From: Oscillospiraceae bacterium
GTDB lineage: Bacteria > Bacillota > Clostridia > Oscillospirales > Oscillospiraceae
Assembly: GCA_017887695.1 (NCBI GenBank)
Contig: JAGHHM010000071.1
Location: forward strand, 1 to 51,185
DNA: 51,185 nucleotides
Direction of reading: 5' to 3'
The translations under genes and the position numbers were made by a program. Shown here piece by piece: positions 1 through 10,049 of the stretch (position 1 is its first letter; every line of letters begins with the position of its first letter). Below the pieces are notes generated by a model. The model did not search any database, had not been told where the DNA came from, and saw only the letters and a list, made by a program, of their open reading frames with translations.

Positions 1-24
1 AATTTTATTTAGGAGGATATGATT

Positions 25-399
25 ATGAACTTTCCCGCTGAGCTGAAGTATTCCAAGTCCCATGAGTGGGTCAAGATGATCGACGATACTACCGCCCTGG
101 TGGGCATTACCGACTATGCCCAGAGCGAACTGGGTGACTTGGTATTCATCAACCTGCCCGTGGTGGGCGACAGCGTTACCAAGGAAGAGCCCTTCTGTGA
201 TGTGGAGTCTGTCAAGGCCGTCTCCGACGTAGTCTCCCCCCTCACCGGTGTGGTGGCCGAAATCAACGAGGAACTGCTGGACGCCCCCCAGATGCTCAAC
301 GAGTCTCCCTATGAGGCCTGGATCGCCAAGGTAGAGGATATCACCAACACCGAGGAACTGATGGACGCCGCCGCTTACGAGGCCTTTATCCAGCAGTGA
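25..399 (+). CDS. gcvH: glycine cleavage system protein H (lipoyl carrier)
   Basis: ORF track 19..399. AGGAGG at 11-16 favours the ATG at 25 (8-nt spacing) over 19. Lipoyl-lysine motif VESVKAVSD. Followed by gcvPA/gcvPB. Confidence 0.93.
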   Translation: MNFPAELKYSKSHEWVKMIDDTTALVGITDYAQSELGDLVFINLPVVGDSVTKEEPFCDVESVKAVSDVVSPLTGVVAEINEELLDAPQMLNESPYEAWIAKVEDITNTEELMDAAAYEAFIQQ

Positions 400-470
400 T
401 CTGATCTGCCCTGGGGAGAAGGTACCCTTTGCCTCCCCGGGGCGCACCACACAGAAAGGAAGGAACCACT

Positions 471-1778
471 ATGGGAAGCTATATCCCCAATACCGATGCC
501 CAGCGCCGGGAAATGCTCCATGCTGTGGGGGTGGACACCATCGACGCCCTCTTTGAAAGCGTTCCTCGGGATATGCTTGTGGGTGACGGGCTCAAACTTC
601 CCGCCGGCCTCAGCGAGCTGGAGGTCCGCCGGGCTGTTACCGCCATGGCAGAGAAAAACCGGATCTATCCCACCGTCCTCCGGGGAGCCGGTGCATATCG
701 TCACTTTATTCCCGCAGTCGTCAAAAGCGTGGTGAACCGTGAGGAGCTTGTCACCGCCTATACTCCTTATCAGGCAGAGATCAGCCAGGGTATTCTCCAG
801 TCCATCTTTGAGTTCCAGACCATGATCTGCTCTCTCACCGGCATGGATGTGGCAAATGCCTCCGTTTACGACGGCGGTACCGCCGCCGCCGAGTCCATCG
901 CCATGTGCAAGGACCGCAAGCGGACCCGAGCCTATGTGTCCGCCTGCGCTCATCCCCACGTGATTGAGACCATGCGCACTTACTGCTTTGGTTCCGGCAC
1001 AGAACTAATCGTTGTTCCGGAAAAGGATGGCCGTACTGATACGGATGCCCTCAAGGACATGCTGGGCGCTGATGCCGCCTGCTTCTATCTCCAGCAGCCC
1101 AACTACTATGGAAACGTGGAGGATGCTGCCGCCATTGGCGAGATTGTCCATGCCGCCGGCGCCAAGTATGTCATGGGCGTCAATCCCATCGCCTGCGCCA
1201 TCATGGAGACCCCCGCTGCCTGTGGGGCGGACATCGCCGTAGGCGAAGGTCAGCCCCTTGGTCTGGACATTGCTTTTGGCGGCCCGTACCTGGGCTTTAT
1301 GGCCGCCACCAAGACCATGTTCCGCAAGCTCCCAGGCCGCATCGTGGGGCAGACCCACGACGTGGAAGGCAATGTGGGCTATGTCCTTACCCTTACCGCC
1401 CGTGAGCAGCATATCCGCCGTGAGAAGGCCTCCTCCAACATCTGCTCCAACCAGGCCCTTTGCGCCCTCACTGCTGGTGTCTACCTTACGGCTATGGGTG
1501 ACGAAGGCCTTCGTCAGGCAGCCCGGCTCTCCCTTTCCAAGGCTCACTATCTGGCTGCTGAGCTGGAGAAGATCGGCCTCAAGCGTGTTCACAGCGGAGA
1601 GTTCTTCCACGAGTTCGTTACCACCTGCGGTAATACCGACGCTGTTCTGGAGGCTCTGGACAAGGCAGGCATCCTGGGCGGTTTGCCGGTGAAGGACGGC
1701 ATCCTCTGGTGCGTCACCGAGATGGTGAGCCGGGAGGAACTGGACAAGGCCGCAGCTATTATCAAGGAGGTGTGCTGA
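471..1778 (+). CDS. gcvPA: glycine dehydrogenase (aminomethyl-transferring) subunit 1
   Basis: Frame of ORF 429..1778. The track start is a TTG; the internal ATG at 471 follows GGAAGGA. The N-terminus MGSYIPNTDAQRREML is typical of GcvPA. Sits between gcvH and gcvPB. Confidence 0.92.
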   Translation: MGSYIPNTDAQRREMLHAVGVDTIDALFESVPRDMLVGDGLKLPAGLSELEVRRAVTAMAEKNRIYPTVLRGAGAYRHFIPAVVKSVVNREELVTAYTPYQAEISQGILQSIFEFQTMICSLTGMDVANASVYDGGTAAAESIAMCKDRKRTRAYVSACAHPHVIETMRTYCFGSGTELIVVPEKDGRTDTDALKDMLGADAACFYLQQPNYYGNVEDAAAIGEIVHAAGAKYVMGVNPIACAIMETPAACGADIAVGEGQPLGLDIAFGGPYLGFMAATKTMFRKLPGRIVGQTHDVEGNVGYVLTLTAREQHIRREKASSNICSNQALCALTAGVYLTAMGDEGLRQAARLSLSKAHYLAAELEKIGLKRVHSGEFFHEFVTTCGNTDAVLEALDKAGILGGLPVKDGILWCVTEMVSREELDKAAAIIKEVC

Positions 1779-1779
1779 T

Positions 1780-3213
1780 ATGAAGCTGATATTTGAAAAA
1801 GGCGCTCCCGGTCAGCATCTGGACCTTCTTCCCTCCTGCGATGTGCCGGAGGTATCCCTCACCCATGAGCGGCAGCCGGAACTGGGACTGCCCCATGTGT
1901 CTGAAACGGAACTGACCCGCCATTACACTGCTCTCGCCAAGCGGGTTCACGGCGTCAATGACGGCTTCTACCCCCTGGGATCCTGCACCATGAAGTACAA
2001 TCCCAAGATCAACGAGGACATGGCGGCCCTCCCTGGATTCACTCAGATCCATCCTCTCCAGCCTGAGAGTACCGTTCAGGGCTGTATGGAGGTGTACGCC
2101 ACAGCGGAAGCGCTTCTGGGCGAGATCACCGGCATGGACGCCATGACCTTCCAGCCTGCCGCCGGTGCTCATGGTGAGTTCACTGGTCTTTTCCTCATTA
2201 AGGCCTATCACCAGCACCGGGGCGACAGCGAGCGCACCAAGATCATCGTTCCCGACTCCGCCCACGGTACCAACCCTGCCTCGGCGGTGATGGCCGGCTA
2301 CACGGTGGTGAACATTCCCTCCGGTCCGGACGGCTGCGTAGACGTGGAGGCGCTCCGCTCTGCTGTTGGCCCTGACACCGCCGGTCTTATGCTCACCAAC
2401 CCCAATACCGTAGGTATCTTTGACAAAAATATTCTGGAGATCACCAGGATCGTCCATGATGCCGGCGGCCTGTGCTACTACGACGGCGCCAACCTCAACG
2501 CTGTTATGGGTGTGGTTCGGCCTGGCGACATGGGCTTTGACGTGATCCACCTGAACCTCCACAAGACTTTCTCCACTCCCCACGGCGGAGGCGGCCCCGG
2601 CTCCGGCGCGGTGGGCTGCAAGGAGATCCTCCGTCCCTTCCTCCCCGGCCCCGTGGTAGTGCGGGAAGGCGACGGTTTCCGGTTTGCTCAGCCTGAGCAC
2701 TCCATCGGCCGTGTGAAGGATTTCTATGGTAACTTCACCGTGGTAGTGAAAGCCCTGACCTACATCCTGACTTTGGGTAAGGAGGGCATTCCCGATGCGG
2801 CCAAGAACGCTGTCCTCAACGCCAATTACATGATGAAGCGCCTGAAAGAAAAGTACCATATGGCCTATGATGTGACCTGTATGCATGAGTTTGTCATGTC
2901 CCTGGAGGATCTGCTCCATGAGACCGGCGTTTCCGCCATGGACATCGCCAAGGGTCTCTTGGACAACGGTATTCATCCCCCCACGATGTACTTCCCCCTC
3001 ATTGTTCACGAGGCACTGATGATTGAGCCCACGGAAACAGAGAGCAAGGAGACACTGGATGAGGCCTGTGATGTATTTTTGAAACTGTGGGATCTGGCCC
3101 ACAGTGATCCTCAGGCCCTTCATGACGCTCCCAAGACCACCCCTGTCCGCCGTCTGGATGAGGTGGGCGCTGCCCGCAACCCGGTGCTGCGCTACCAGGG
3201 AGAGAATCAATGA
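1780..3213 (+). CDS. gcvPB: glycine dehydrogenase (aminomethyl-transferring) subunit 2
   Basis: ORF 1780..3213. PLP-lysine region HLNLHKTFSTPHGGGGPG. Starts 2 nt after the gcvPA stop. Confidence 0.94.
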   Translation: MKLIFEKGAPGQHLDLLPSCDVPEVSLTHERQPELGLPHVSETELTRHYTALAKRVHGVNDGFYPLGSCTMKYNPKINEDMAALPGFTQIHPLQPESTVQGCMEVYATAEALLGEITGMDAMTFQPAAGAHGEFTGLFLIKAYHQHRGDSERTKIIVPDSAHGTNPASAVMAGYTVVNIPSGPDGCVDVEALRSAVGPDTAGLMLTNPNTVGIFDKNILEITRIVHDAGGLCYYDGANLNAVMGVVRPGDMGFDVIHLNLHKTFSTPHGGGGPGSGAVGCKEILRPFLPGPVVVREGDGFRFAQPEHSIGRVKDFYGNFTVVVKALTYILTLGKEGIPDAAKNAVLNANYMMKRLKEKYHMAYDVTCMHEFVMSLEDLLHETGVSAMDIAKGLLDNGIHPPTMYFPLIVHEALMIEPTETESKETLDEACDVFLKLWDLAHSDPQALHDAPKTTPVRRLDEVGAARNPVLRYQGENQ

Positions 3214-4196
3214 TCTCCCGCTTGTGCGTCCTGCGGACCGATACCACGGATCCCCACTACAACCTGGCTCTGGAAGAGATGCTCCTCAACACCGTGGATG
3301 AAGATACCTGTATCCTCTACCTCTGGCAGAACCGGCATACTGTGGTGATCGGCCGCAATCAGAACCCGTGGCTGGAGTGCCGTACCCAGCAGTTGGAAGA
3401 GGACGGCGGGTTTCTTGCCCGCCGCCTCTCCGGCGGCGGTGCGGTATACCACGACCTGGGAAACCTGAATTTTACCTTTCTTGTGCGCAAAGAGAACTAC
3501 GACCTGCCCCGGCAGCTTTCAGTAATTGCCAGGGCCTGTCAAAACCTGGGGATTCCGGCGGAGATTTCCGGAAGAAATGATCTTACTGCTGATGGCCGGA
3601 AATTTTCCGGCAACGCCTTTTACGAGCACCAGGGCCATGCCTATCACCACGGTACCCTTCTGGTAAACGTGGATATGGAGCAGATGGGCCGCTACCTCAG
3701 CCCCTCCCCTGCCAAACTCCAGGCCAAAGGCGTCACCTCCGTTCGTTCCCGGGTGGTCAACCTCAAGGAACTGCAGCCGGAGCTGACCATCCCGGAGATG
3801 ACGGCGGCCATGGAGGATGCCTTTTCCCAGGTGTACGGCCTGCCCGCGGAGCCTATGGATGCATCCGGCCTTAATGGGGATCAGTTATATACTCTTTACC
3901 GAAAAAATGCCAGCTGGGAATGGCTCTATGGCCGCAAGCTTCCCTTTACCTTCCAATGTGCGGGAAAATATTCCTGGGGCGAGGTCACCATACAGCTGAA
4001 AGCAGAGGAGGGTGTTGTCCGGGAAGCGGCAGTCTATACCGACGCTATGGATGGAGGCTTTGCTTCCCTGCTGGAGAATGCCTTTGCCGGCTGTCCCTTC
4101 CATACAGAGGCACTTTGCCGGGCGGCAGCGTCTCTTGCCTGGGACAAAACGGTCCGGGAGGACCTTTGCACCTTGTTGAAAGAGCAAAACCTCTAA
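3210..4196 (+). CDS. lplA: lipoate--protein ligase
   Basis: ORF 3210..4196. ATGA overlap with the gcvPB stop. Conserved RRLSGGGAVYHDLGNLNF lipoyl-AMP binding motif. Confidence 0.9.
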   Translation: MISRLCVLRTDTTDPHYNLALEEMLLNTVDEDTCILYLWQNRHTVVIGRNQNPWLECRTQQLEEDGGFLARRLSGGGAVYHDLGNLNFTFLVRKENYDLPRQLSVIARACQNLGIPAEISGRNDLTADGRKFSGNAFYEHQGHAYHHGTLLVNVDMEQMGRYLSPSPAKLQAKGVTSVRSRVVNLKELQPELTIPEMTAAMEDAFSQVYGLPAEPMDASGLNGDQLYTLYRKNASWEWLYGRKLPFTFQCAGKYSWGEVTIQLKAEEGVVREAAVYTDAMDGGFASLLENAFAGCPFHTEALCRAAASLAWDKTVREDLCTLLKEQNL

Positions 4197-4255
4197 GAAA
4201 GACAAGTATCCTCTGCCGGAATCTGGCAGAGGACATCAAAAGGAGCGATACAACC

Positions 4256-5629
4256 ATGAGCGACTACCAACTGCTGGTCATCGGCGCGGGTCCCGGTGGC
4301 TATGTGGCTGCCCTGCGGGCGGCAAAGCTGGGCTTGAAAACCGCCATCGTGGAGAACCGCCAGGTAGGCGGCACCTGCCTTAACCGGGGCTGTATTCCCA
4401 CCAAGGCCCTGCTCCACACCGCTGAAGTATATACCCAGGCCAAGGAGGGAGCTTTCCTGGGCGTCAATGCCGGGGATATCTCCGTGGACTTTGCCGCCGC
4501 CCGCCGCCGGAAGGCGGAGGTGACGGATAAGCTGCGGGCCGGCATCGAGGGCCTCTTCAAGCAGAAAAAAGTGGATCTCCTCCGGGGCACCGGCACCATT
4601 GTCGCCCCGGGCCAGGTGTCTGTGGACGGGACAACCTATACCGCCGACCACATCCTCATCGCCACAGGCTCCGTACCCGCCCGGCCGCCTATTCCGGGGC
4701 TGGAGCATGCTCTCACCTCCGACGATCTGCTGGAGGGCGGCGAGCAGCGGCTCTTTTCTTCCCTGGTCATCATCGGCGGCGGTGTCATTGGCGTGGAGTT
4801 GGCTTCGGTATACAGCGCCCTGGGATGCCATGTGACGATCCTGGAGGCCATGGATCGGATCCTGCCTAACATGGATCGTGAAATCTGTCAGAATCTGACC
4901 ATGATTCTGAAAAAGCGTGGCGTGGAGGTCTACCCTTCTTCTATGGTCAGCGCCGTGGAAAAAACGGAAGACGGTACCCTCTCTGTCCACTACACCAATA
5001 AAGGCGAGGAAAAGGCAGCGCAAGGCGAGGCGGTCCTCTGCGCTATCGGCCGTCGTCCCAACACCGCCGGTCTCTTCGGTGAGGGTTTCACCGTGGAGAT
5101 GGAGCGGGGGCGGATCCTGACAGACGAGAATTTCCAGACCAGCGTCCCTGGCATTTATGCCGTCGGCGACGTGGCCGCCCGGATCCAGCTAGCCCATGTG
5201 GCCTCTGCCCAGGGCACTGCCTGCGTGGAAAAGTTGGCCGGTAAGACCTCCCCTGCCAACCTGGCACTGATCCCCTCCTGCATCTACACCAGCCCGGAGA
5301 TCGCCTGCATCGGTATCACCGCCGATGAGGCCAAGGCTGCCGGCCGGGCGGTCAAGGTAGGCAAATTTGTCATGTTTGCCAACGGAAAAACCGTAATCGC
5401 GGGCGGAGAGCGCGGCTTTATCAAGATCGTGGCCGACGCGGAAACCGGCGCCGTGCTAGGCGCACAGTTGATGTGCGAGCGGGCTACTGATATGATTTCC
5501 CAGCTTACTGTTGCCGTAGCCAACGGGCTGACTGCAGAGCAGCTGCTGGCTGCCGTGCGCCCCCATCCCACCTTTGAGGAAGGTGTGGGTGAGGCACTGG
5601 ATGATCTTGCTGACAAGCTGATTGGTTGA
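4256..5629 (+). CDS. lpdA: dihydrolipoyl dehydrogenase (E3/L protein)
   Basis: Frame of ORF 3920..5629. The real start is probably the ATG at 4256 after AAAGGAG, giving MSDYQLLVIGAGPGGY (FAD fold). Redox disulfide GGTCLNRGCIPTK. Confidence 0.93.
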   Translation: MSDYQLLVIGAGPGGYVAALRAAKLGLKTAIVENRQVGGTCLNRGCIPTKALLHTAEVYTQAKEGAFLGVNAGDISVDFAAARRRKAEVTDKLRAGIEGLFKQKKVDLLRGTGTIVAPGQVSVDGTTYTADHILIATGSVPARPPIPGLEHALTSDDLLEGGEQRLFSSLVIIGGGVIGVELASVYSALGCHVTILEAMDRILPNMDREICQNLTMILKKRGVEVYPSSMVSAVEKTEDGTLSVHYTNKGEEKAAQGEAVLCAIGRRPNTAGLFGEGFTVEMERGRILTDENFQTSVPGIYAVGDVAARIQLAHVASAQGTACVEKLAGKTSPANLALIPSCIYTSPEIACIGITADEAKAAGRAVKVGKFVMFANGKTVIAGGERGFIKIVADAETGAVLGAQLMCERATDMISQLTVAVANGLTAEQLLAAVRPHPTFEEGVGEALDDLADKLIG

Positions 5630-5663
5630 CGGAGAAGACCTGAGGCTTGCGGAAAAACGATAC

Positions 5664-5696
5664 GGCGCGCTGCAGAGTTCTCTTCTGCAGCGCGCC
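5664..5696. terminator. bidirectional intrinsic terminator hairpin between lpd and the convergent small genes
   Basis: 13-bp perfect stem GGCGCGCTGCAGA / TCTGCAGCGCGCC with a 7-nt loop, lying between convergent gene ends. Confidence 0.7.
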
Positions 5697-5726
5697 ACAC
5701 TGTCTGTTTCCTTTGTTTTCTGTGTC

Positions 5727-5822
5727 TCAGCCTACCAGCGGCAGGATCAAGCCAGCCACCATGGACAGCACCAAGAGGGCGATGATAACCCGGGAAACAA
5801 TTTTCACCCATTTTGTACTCAT
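5727..5822 (-). CDS. 31-aa hydrophobic micropeptide (MSTKWVKIVSRVIIALLVLSMVAGLILPLVG)
   Basis: Not in the ORF track (below 60 aa). Its ATG overlaps the DUF951 stop (ATGA) and is preceded by GAGGAGGAAAG. One predicted TM helix. Followed by the terminator at 5664-5696. Confidence 0.5.
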   Translation of the reverse strand: MSTKWVKIVSRVIIALLVLSMVAGLILPLVG

Positions 5823-6010
5823 TTGCTTTCCTCCTCGCTCAGGATTTTTTTGATCGCCTTTTCGGCCTTACTCCGGGGCAGCATCAGCTCATGCCCGCAG
5901 CCTTCACAGCGCAGCTTGATATCCATGCCTACCCGCAGAATTGTCCATACCTTGCTGCCGCAGGGATGGGACTTTTTCAGCTCTACCTTTTGATTTAGCT
6001 TCAGATCCAC
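5819..6010 (-). CDS. DUF951 family protein
   Basis: Frame of ORF 5819..6082. GTG at 6010 lies 6 nt after AAGGAGG. The 63-aa product has the HPCGS..W.ILRVGMDI.L.C..C motif typical of DUF951. Confidence 0.8.
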   Translation of the reverse strand: MDLKLNQKVELKKSHPCGSKVWTILRVGMDIKLRCEGCGHELMLPRSKAEKAIKKILSEEESK

Positions 6011-6221
6011 AGTCTGCCTCCTTCTTGTCCGATCCAAAATCCCTCCCTTTTTCGCAGGGGCGGGATTCATTTTCCGGATCAAGTAAGTTTTTATATGCTT
6101 TCCTTCCCAAATTCTTCAACGGTCAAGCCCTGCGCCGCATAGGATAGCCTTGAGCGCAGCAGGCACGGTACCGGACAGCCCCGGACCACACCTCTGCTCC
6201 AATCAGAAAAAGGGTGGTGTA

Positions 6222-7109
6222 TTGCTATTGCATAGAAATGAATTGCTTCCCGAGGGAGCCGGCCCTCTGTTTCCTGAAAACCAGCCCTTATCCGTTCTGC
6301 AGGACGCTATGGAACGGCAGACGGTGGTGACCGGCACCGCGCTGCGATGCAGCAGTCGTGGTGATCTGACGGTGCTTCTGGGCGGATATGAAGGCGTTAT
6401 TCCACGGGAAGACGGGGTTCACCCGCTGATCAGCGGCGCCCAGCGGGAAATATCCGTTCTTTCCCGCGTAGGACTTCCGGTTTCCTGCACAGTCACTGCG
6501 ATCAGCATTGACGGCGGAGGTCGTCCTCACCTCACGCTCTCCCGGCACTGTGCCCAAGCTCAGGCCATCGCCTGGCTGCTGGAAAATGCCCACCCCGGCG
6601 TGATCCTTCCCGCCCGGGTTACCCACCTGGAGCATTTTGGGGCTTTCGTGGATCTTGGCTGCGGCTTTATCTCTCTCATTCCTCTGGAGCGCATCTCCAC
6701 TGCCCGCATTTCCGATCCGGGGGATCGTTTTTCCATAGGCCAGGATATTCTGGTAACAGTTACTGATGTGGATCCGCAGCTGTGCCGCATCTACCTCAGC
6801 CACCGGGAACTGTTGGGCACCTGGCTGGAAAACGCCGCTCTTTTCGCGCCGGGAGATGCTGTTACCGGTATCGTCCGCAGTGTGCAGGAATACGGCGTAT
6901 TTATTGAACTCACGCCCAACCTCTCCGGCCTTGCCGACTGGCGAAGGGAGCTGGCACCAGGAGACGTGGTATCCGTATACATCAAGTCCATCCGCCCGGA
7001 AAACAGGAAGATCAAGCTGCAGGTAATCCGTAAGCTAGGCCGGGCTCAGAAGCCCTCCCCCTTCCGGTATTTTATGACGGACGGAACCACGGAAAACTGG
7101 ACGTATTGA
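6222..7109 (+). CDS. S1 RNA-binding domain protein
   Basis: Frame of ORF 6150..7109. S1-like repeats (VTHLEHFGAFVDLG.., GIVRSVQEYGVFIELT..). The start is uncertain: TTG at 6222 or 6228 after GGGTGG, or the track start at 6150. Confidence 0.75.
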   Translation: MLLHRNELLPEGAGPLFPENQPLSVLQDAMERQTVVTGTALRCSSRGDLTVLLGGYEGVIPREDGVHPLISGAQREISVLSRVGLPVSCTVTAISIDGGGRPHLTLSRHCAQAQAIAWLLENAHPGVILPARVTHLEHFGAFVDLGCGFISLIPLERISTARISDPGDRFSIGQDILVTVTDVDPQLCRIYLSHRELLGTWLENAALFAPGDAVTGIVRSVQEYGVFIELTPNLSGLADWRRELAPGDVVSVYIKSIRPENRKIKLQVIRKLGRAQKPSPFRYFMTDGTTENWTY

Positions 7110-7116
7110 AAAATGA

Positions 7117-8382
7117 CTATACTTTTCCCTTGATCTTCTCCCAATAAGCCCGAGCCGCTTGCTCTGTCTTATTGTCCCCCCACTGGTAATAGGTGGTTCC
7201 CACCAGTTCATCCGGCAGGTACTGCTGCTCCACCCAGCGGTTAGGATAAACATGAGGATACTTGTATTTTTCTACGGGACCTGTACCGGCAGAGTCGGCG
7301 TGTACGTTTTTCAAATGCCGAGGAATATCCCCTGTCTTCCCTTTTTTGACATCCTCCATGGCCGCAATAATAGCGTTATGCCCTGTATTGGATTTGGGAG
7401 CTGTGGCAAGAAGGATAGCTGCATCCCCCAGTGGAAGCCGGGCCTCCGGCAATCCCAGCTGCAAAGCGGAGTCCACGCAGGCTTTCACAATGGGAATGGC
7501 CATGGGATAAGCAAGGCCAATATCTTCTGCAGCGATGACCAGCAGCCGTCGACAGGGACTGAGCAGATCTCCCGCTTCCAGAAGCCGGGCCAGGTAATGG
7601 ACGGCGGCATCGGGGTCGCTGCCCCGAATGGATTTCTGGAGAGCGGAAAGCAGATCATAGTGGGCGTCTCCGTCCCGGTCGTAGCGCATGGCGCTGCGCT
7701 GGGCTACCTGCTCTGCGTCGGAAACAGTGAGAAGGAGTTCCCCTTTACAGGGAACTGCTGCTTCATACAGCAGTTCCACCGCATTCATCGCCTTACGTAC
7801 ATCGCCGCCGCAGGCATGGGCAATATAATCCGGCACACCTTCTTCCCAGGTGAGAGGAAGCTGGCTCTCCTGGCGGACAATGCCCAAAGCTCGTTCCACC
7901 GCCGGTCGTACTTCACTGGCAGTAACGGGCTTGAACTCAAATACTGTGCTCCGGCTGAGCAGTGCGCTGTATACATAGAAATAGGGGTTTTCCGTAGTAG
8001 AGGCAATAAGGGTAATCGCACCATTTTCCATAAACTCCAGCAGGGATTGCTGCTGCTTCTTATTGAAATACTGAATCTCATCCAGATACAGCAATACGCC
8101 GCCCGGAGCCATCATGGTTCCCACATCCGCCATAATATCTTTGATGTCCTGCAGTGATGCGGTAGTGGCGTTGAGCTTATAAAGGGTGCGGTGGGTCTGG
8201 GTAGCGATAATATTGGCAATGGTGGTCTTACCAGTTCCAGAGGGACCATAGAACACCAGGTTGGCATCGGTCCCTTTTTCGATGAAACGGCGCAGCAGGG
8301 CGTTGGGCCCCAGCAGATGGCGCTGGCCTACTACCTCGTCCAGTGTCTTGGGACGGATGCGGTCCGCCAAAGGTCTGTCCAT
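7117..8382 (-). CDS. rarA: replication-associated recombination protein A (AAA+ ATPase)
   Basis: Frame of ORF 7117..8412. ATG at 8382 follows AGGAAAGGAG. Walker A GPSGTGKTT and a MgsA-type C-terminal domain. Confidence 0.92.
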   Translation of the reverse strand: MDRPLADRIRPKTLDEVVGQRHLLGPNALLRRFIEKGTDANLVFYGPSGTGKTTIANIIATQTHRTLYKLNATTASLQDIKDIMADVGTMMAPGGVLLYLDEIQYFNKKQQQSLLEFMENGAITLIASTTENPYFYVYSALLSRSTVFEFKPVTASEVRPAVERALGIVRQESQLPLTWEEGVPDYIAHACGGDVRKAMNAVELLYEAAVPCKGELLLTVSDAEQVAQRSAMRYDRDGDAHYDLLSALQKSIRGSDPDAAVHYLARLLEAGDLLSPCRRLLVIAAEDIGLAYPMAIPIVKACVDSALQLGLPEARLPLGDAAILLATAPKSNTGHNAIIAAMEDVKKGKTGDIPRHLKNVHADSAGTGPVEKYKYPHVYPNRWVEQQYLPDELVGTTYYQWGDNKTEQAARAYWEKIKGKV

Positions 8383-8553
8383 ATCCCCTGCTCCTTTCCT
8401 GTTTGGCTGCATATATGCGGCAGAGTATATTTCATGGGGGTTCTTCCTTCACCGCCGCTGATTTTTAATTATAGCACACCTTTTTCCCTTTGCACAGATT
8501 TTTTCCTCGAAATTTGCCCCAGACTGTGGTATGATGGGGAACGAGGTGATCTG

Positions 8554-9207
8554 ATGAAGGACAAAAATGCGATTTCTGCTATTATTGAGGAGCTGAAGGT
8601 CCTCTATCCCGATGCAGTCTGCTCTCTGGACTACGATCCTGAAAAGGCCTATGAGCTTCTCTTTTCTGTTCGACTGGCCGCCCAATGCACCGATGCCCGG
8701 GTCAATCTGGTAACACCCGTGCTGTACGCCCGGTTTCCGACCCTGGAGTCTCTGGCGGCAGCCACAGAAGAGGAGGTGGGGGAAATCATCCACTCCACTG
8801 GCTTCTGGCGGGCCAAAGCCCGGGATATTGTGGCCGCCAGCCGGATGCTGCTGACAGAGTACGGCGGACGGGTCCCCGATACCATGGAAGAATTGCTGAA
8901 GCTGCCGGGTGTAGGCCGTAAGACTGCCAACCTGATTCTTGGGGATGTCTACGGCAAGGAAGGGTATGTCTGCGACACCCACTGTATCCGCATCACAGGG
9001 CTGCTGGGTATTACGGATGGCAGTAAGGATCCCCTGAAAGTGGAGATGCAGCTGCGCAAAGCCATTCCGCCGGAGGAAAGCAGCGACTTCTGCCACCGCA
9101 TGGTTCTCCATGGGCGGGCGGTGTGTGTCGCACGCCGACCGGATTGCGGCAACTGCACTCTGCGGCCCTGGTGCGACCACTTCATGAAGAATAATCAGCA
9201 ATCATAA
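8554..9207 (+). CDS. nth: endonuclease III (DNA glycosylase/AP lyase)
   Basis: Frame of ORF 8191..9207. ATG at 8554 follows GAGGTG. HhH motif LPGVGRKTANLIL and the 4Fe-4S cluster loop CVARRPDCGNCTLRPWC. Confidence 0.93.
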   Translation: MKDKNAISAIIEELKVLYPDAVCSLDYDPEKAYELLFSVRLAAQCTDARVNLVTPVLYARFPTLESLAAATEEEVGEIIHSTGFWRAKARDIVAASRMLLTEYGGRVPDTMEELLKLPGVGRKTANLILGDVYGKEGYVCDTHCIRITGLLGITDGSKDPLKVEMQLRKAIPPEESSDFCHRMVLHGRAVCVARRPDCGNCTLRPWCDHFMKNNQQS

Positions 9208-9254
9208 CCGTTGTCGGCGTCATATCAACCTGCTCCCGATGCCCTGGCTGTTTT

Positions 9255-9293
9255 TGCCCCCTCCTTTTCACAAAGGAGGGGGCACATTTTTCC
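9255..9293 (+). terminator. intrinsic terminator after nth
   Basis: Stem TGCCCCCTCCTT / AAGGAGGGGGCA followed by CATTTTTCC. Confidence 0.75.
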
Positions 9294-9338
9294 TCTTCCC
9301 TACATATACTGGAAAGACAAAGAAAGGGAGGTCCCGGC

Positions 9339-9599
9339 ATGAAACAGAATGACCCGTCTAAGCTTCAACAGCTGCTTAATGATAAAAAAACCATCGCTGC
9401 TCTGGCCAAATCTCCGGATGCCCAGGCCTTAGCCAAAATGCTATCCCAGAACAGGGATCCTGCCGCTCTGAAAAAAGCTGCTCAGGACGCCGCCAAAGGT
9501 GATACAGAGCAGCTTCGCCAGCTGATCAAATCCATCACTGCAAGCCCGGATGGGGCAGCCTTGCTCCAACGTTTGGACAAAACCATGGGTGGAAAATAA
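9339..9599 (+). CDS. hypothetical small helical protein (86 aa)
   Basis: ORF 9339..9599 after GGGAGG. Lys/Ala/Gln-rich and predicted helical. First of three adjacent small genes. Confidence 0.6.
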   Translation: MKQNDPSKLQQLLNDKKTIAALAKSPDAQALAKMLSQNRDPAALKKAAQDAAKGDTEQLRQLIKSITASPDGAALLQRLDKTMGGK

Positions 9600-9623
9600 G
9601 CATATCGGGAAGGGGGCGGGATT

Positions 9624-10049
9624 TTGAGCGACTTAGAAGAAAAACTGAATGCCATCCTGTCCGACCCCGACGCTATGGCCCAGGTAATGAACCTGGCTCA
9701 GTCCCTGAACCTGGGGGGTGCTCCGCAGGAAGATCGCCCTCCCACGTCGGAATCCCAAGCACACGATACCGGACAGGAGTCAGCCCCGACGGAAGGTACT
9801 TCCCCTTTCTCCGGCCTCAACGATCTGCTGGGGCAAATTGACCCATCCATGATCCAGCGCCTGCTGCCGCTGATTGGTGAGCTGCGAGGCGGCGAGGAGC
9901 AGGATCGCCGCCTCCAGCTTCTTAACGCCCTGCGCCCCTTCCTCAAGCCGGAACGGCAGGAAAAAGTGGAGCGGGCGGTGAAAGCCGCCAGACTTCTGCA
10001 CCTAGGTAAGAAATTCCTGGCGGCTATGGGGGATTCTTCCCATGTATAA
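9624..10049 (+). CDS. hypothetical protein (141 aa)
   Basis: ORF 9624..10049. TTG start after GGAAGGGGG. No domain recognised. Confidence 0.55.
   Translation: MSDLEEKLNAILSDPDAMAQVMNLAQSLNLGGAPQEDRPPTSESQAHDTGQESAPTEGTSPFSGLNDLLGQIDPSMIQRLLPLIGELRGGEEQDRRLQLLNALRPFLKPERQEKVERAVKAARLLHLGKKFLAAMGDSSHV

Noticed and set aside
1762-3210. 482-aa minus-strand ORF antisense to gcvPB
   Set aside because: This is a mirror ORF fully inside a well-supported gene. It has no RBS and a Gly/His/Ala/Val-rich low-complexity translation, as is typical of antisense frames in GC-rich coding DNA.
3920-4255. N-terminal 112-aa extension of the lpd ORF overlapping lplA
   Set aside because: The extension overlaps the lplA coding frame and has an Arg/Gly/Cys-rich translation. 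A canonical RBS-ATG at 4256 gives the standard FAD-binding N-terminus.
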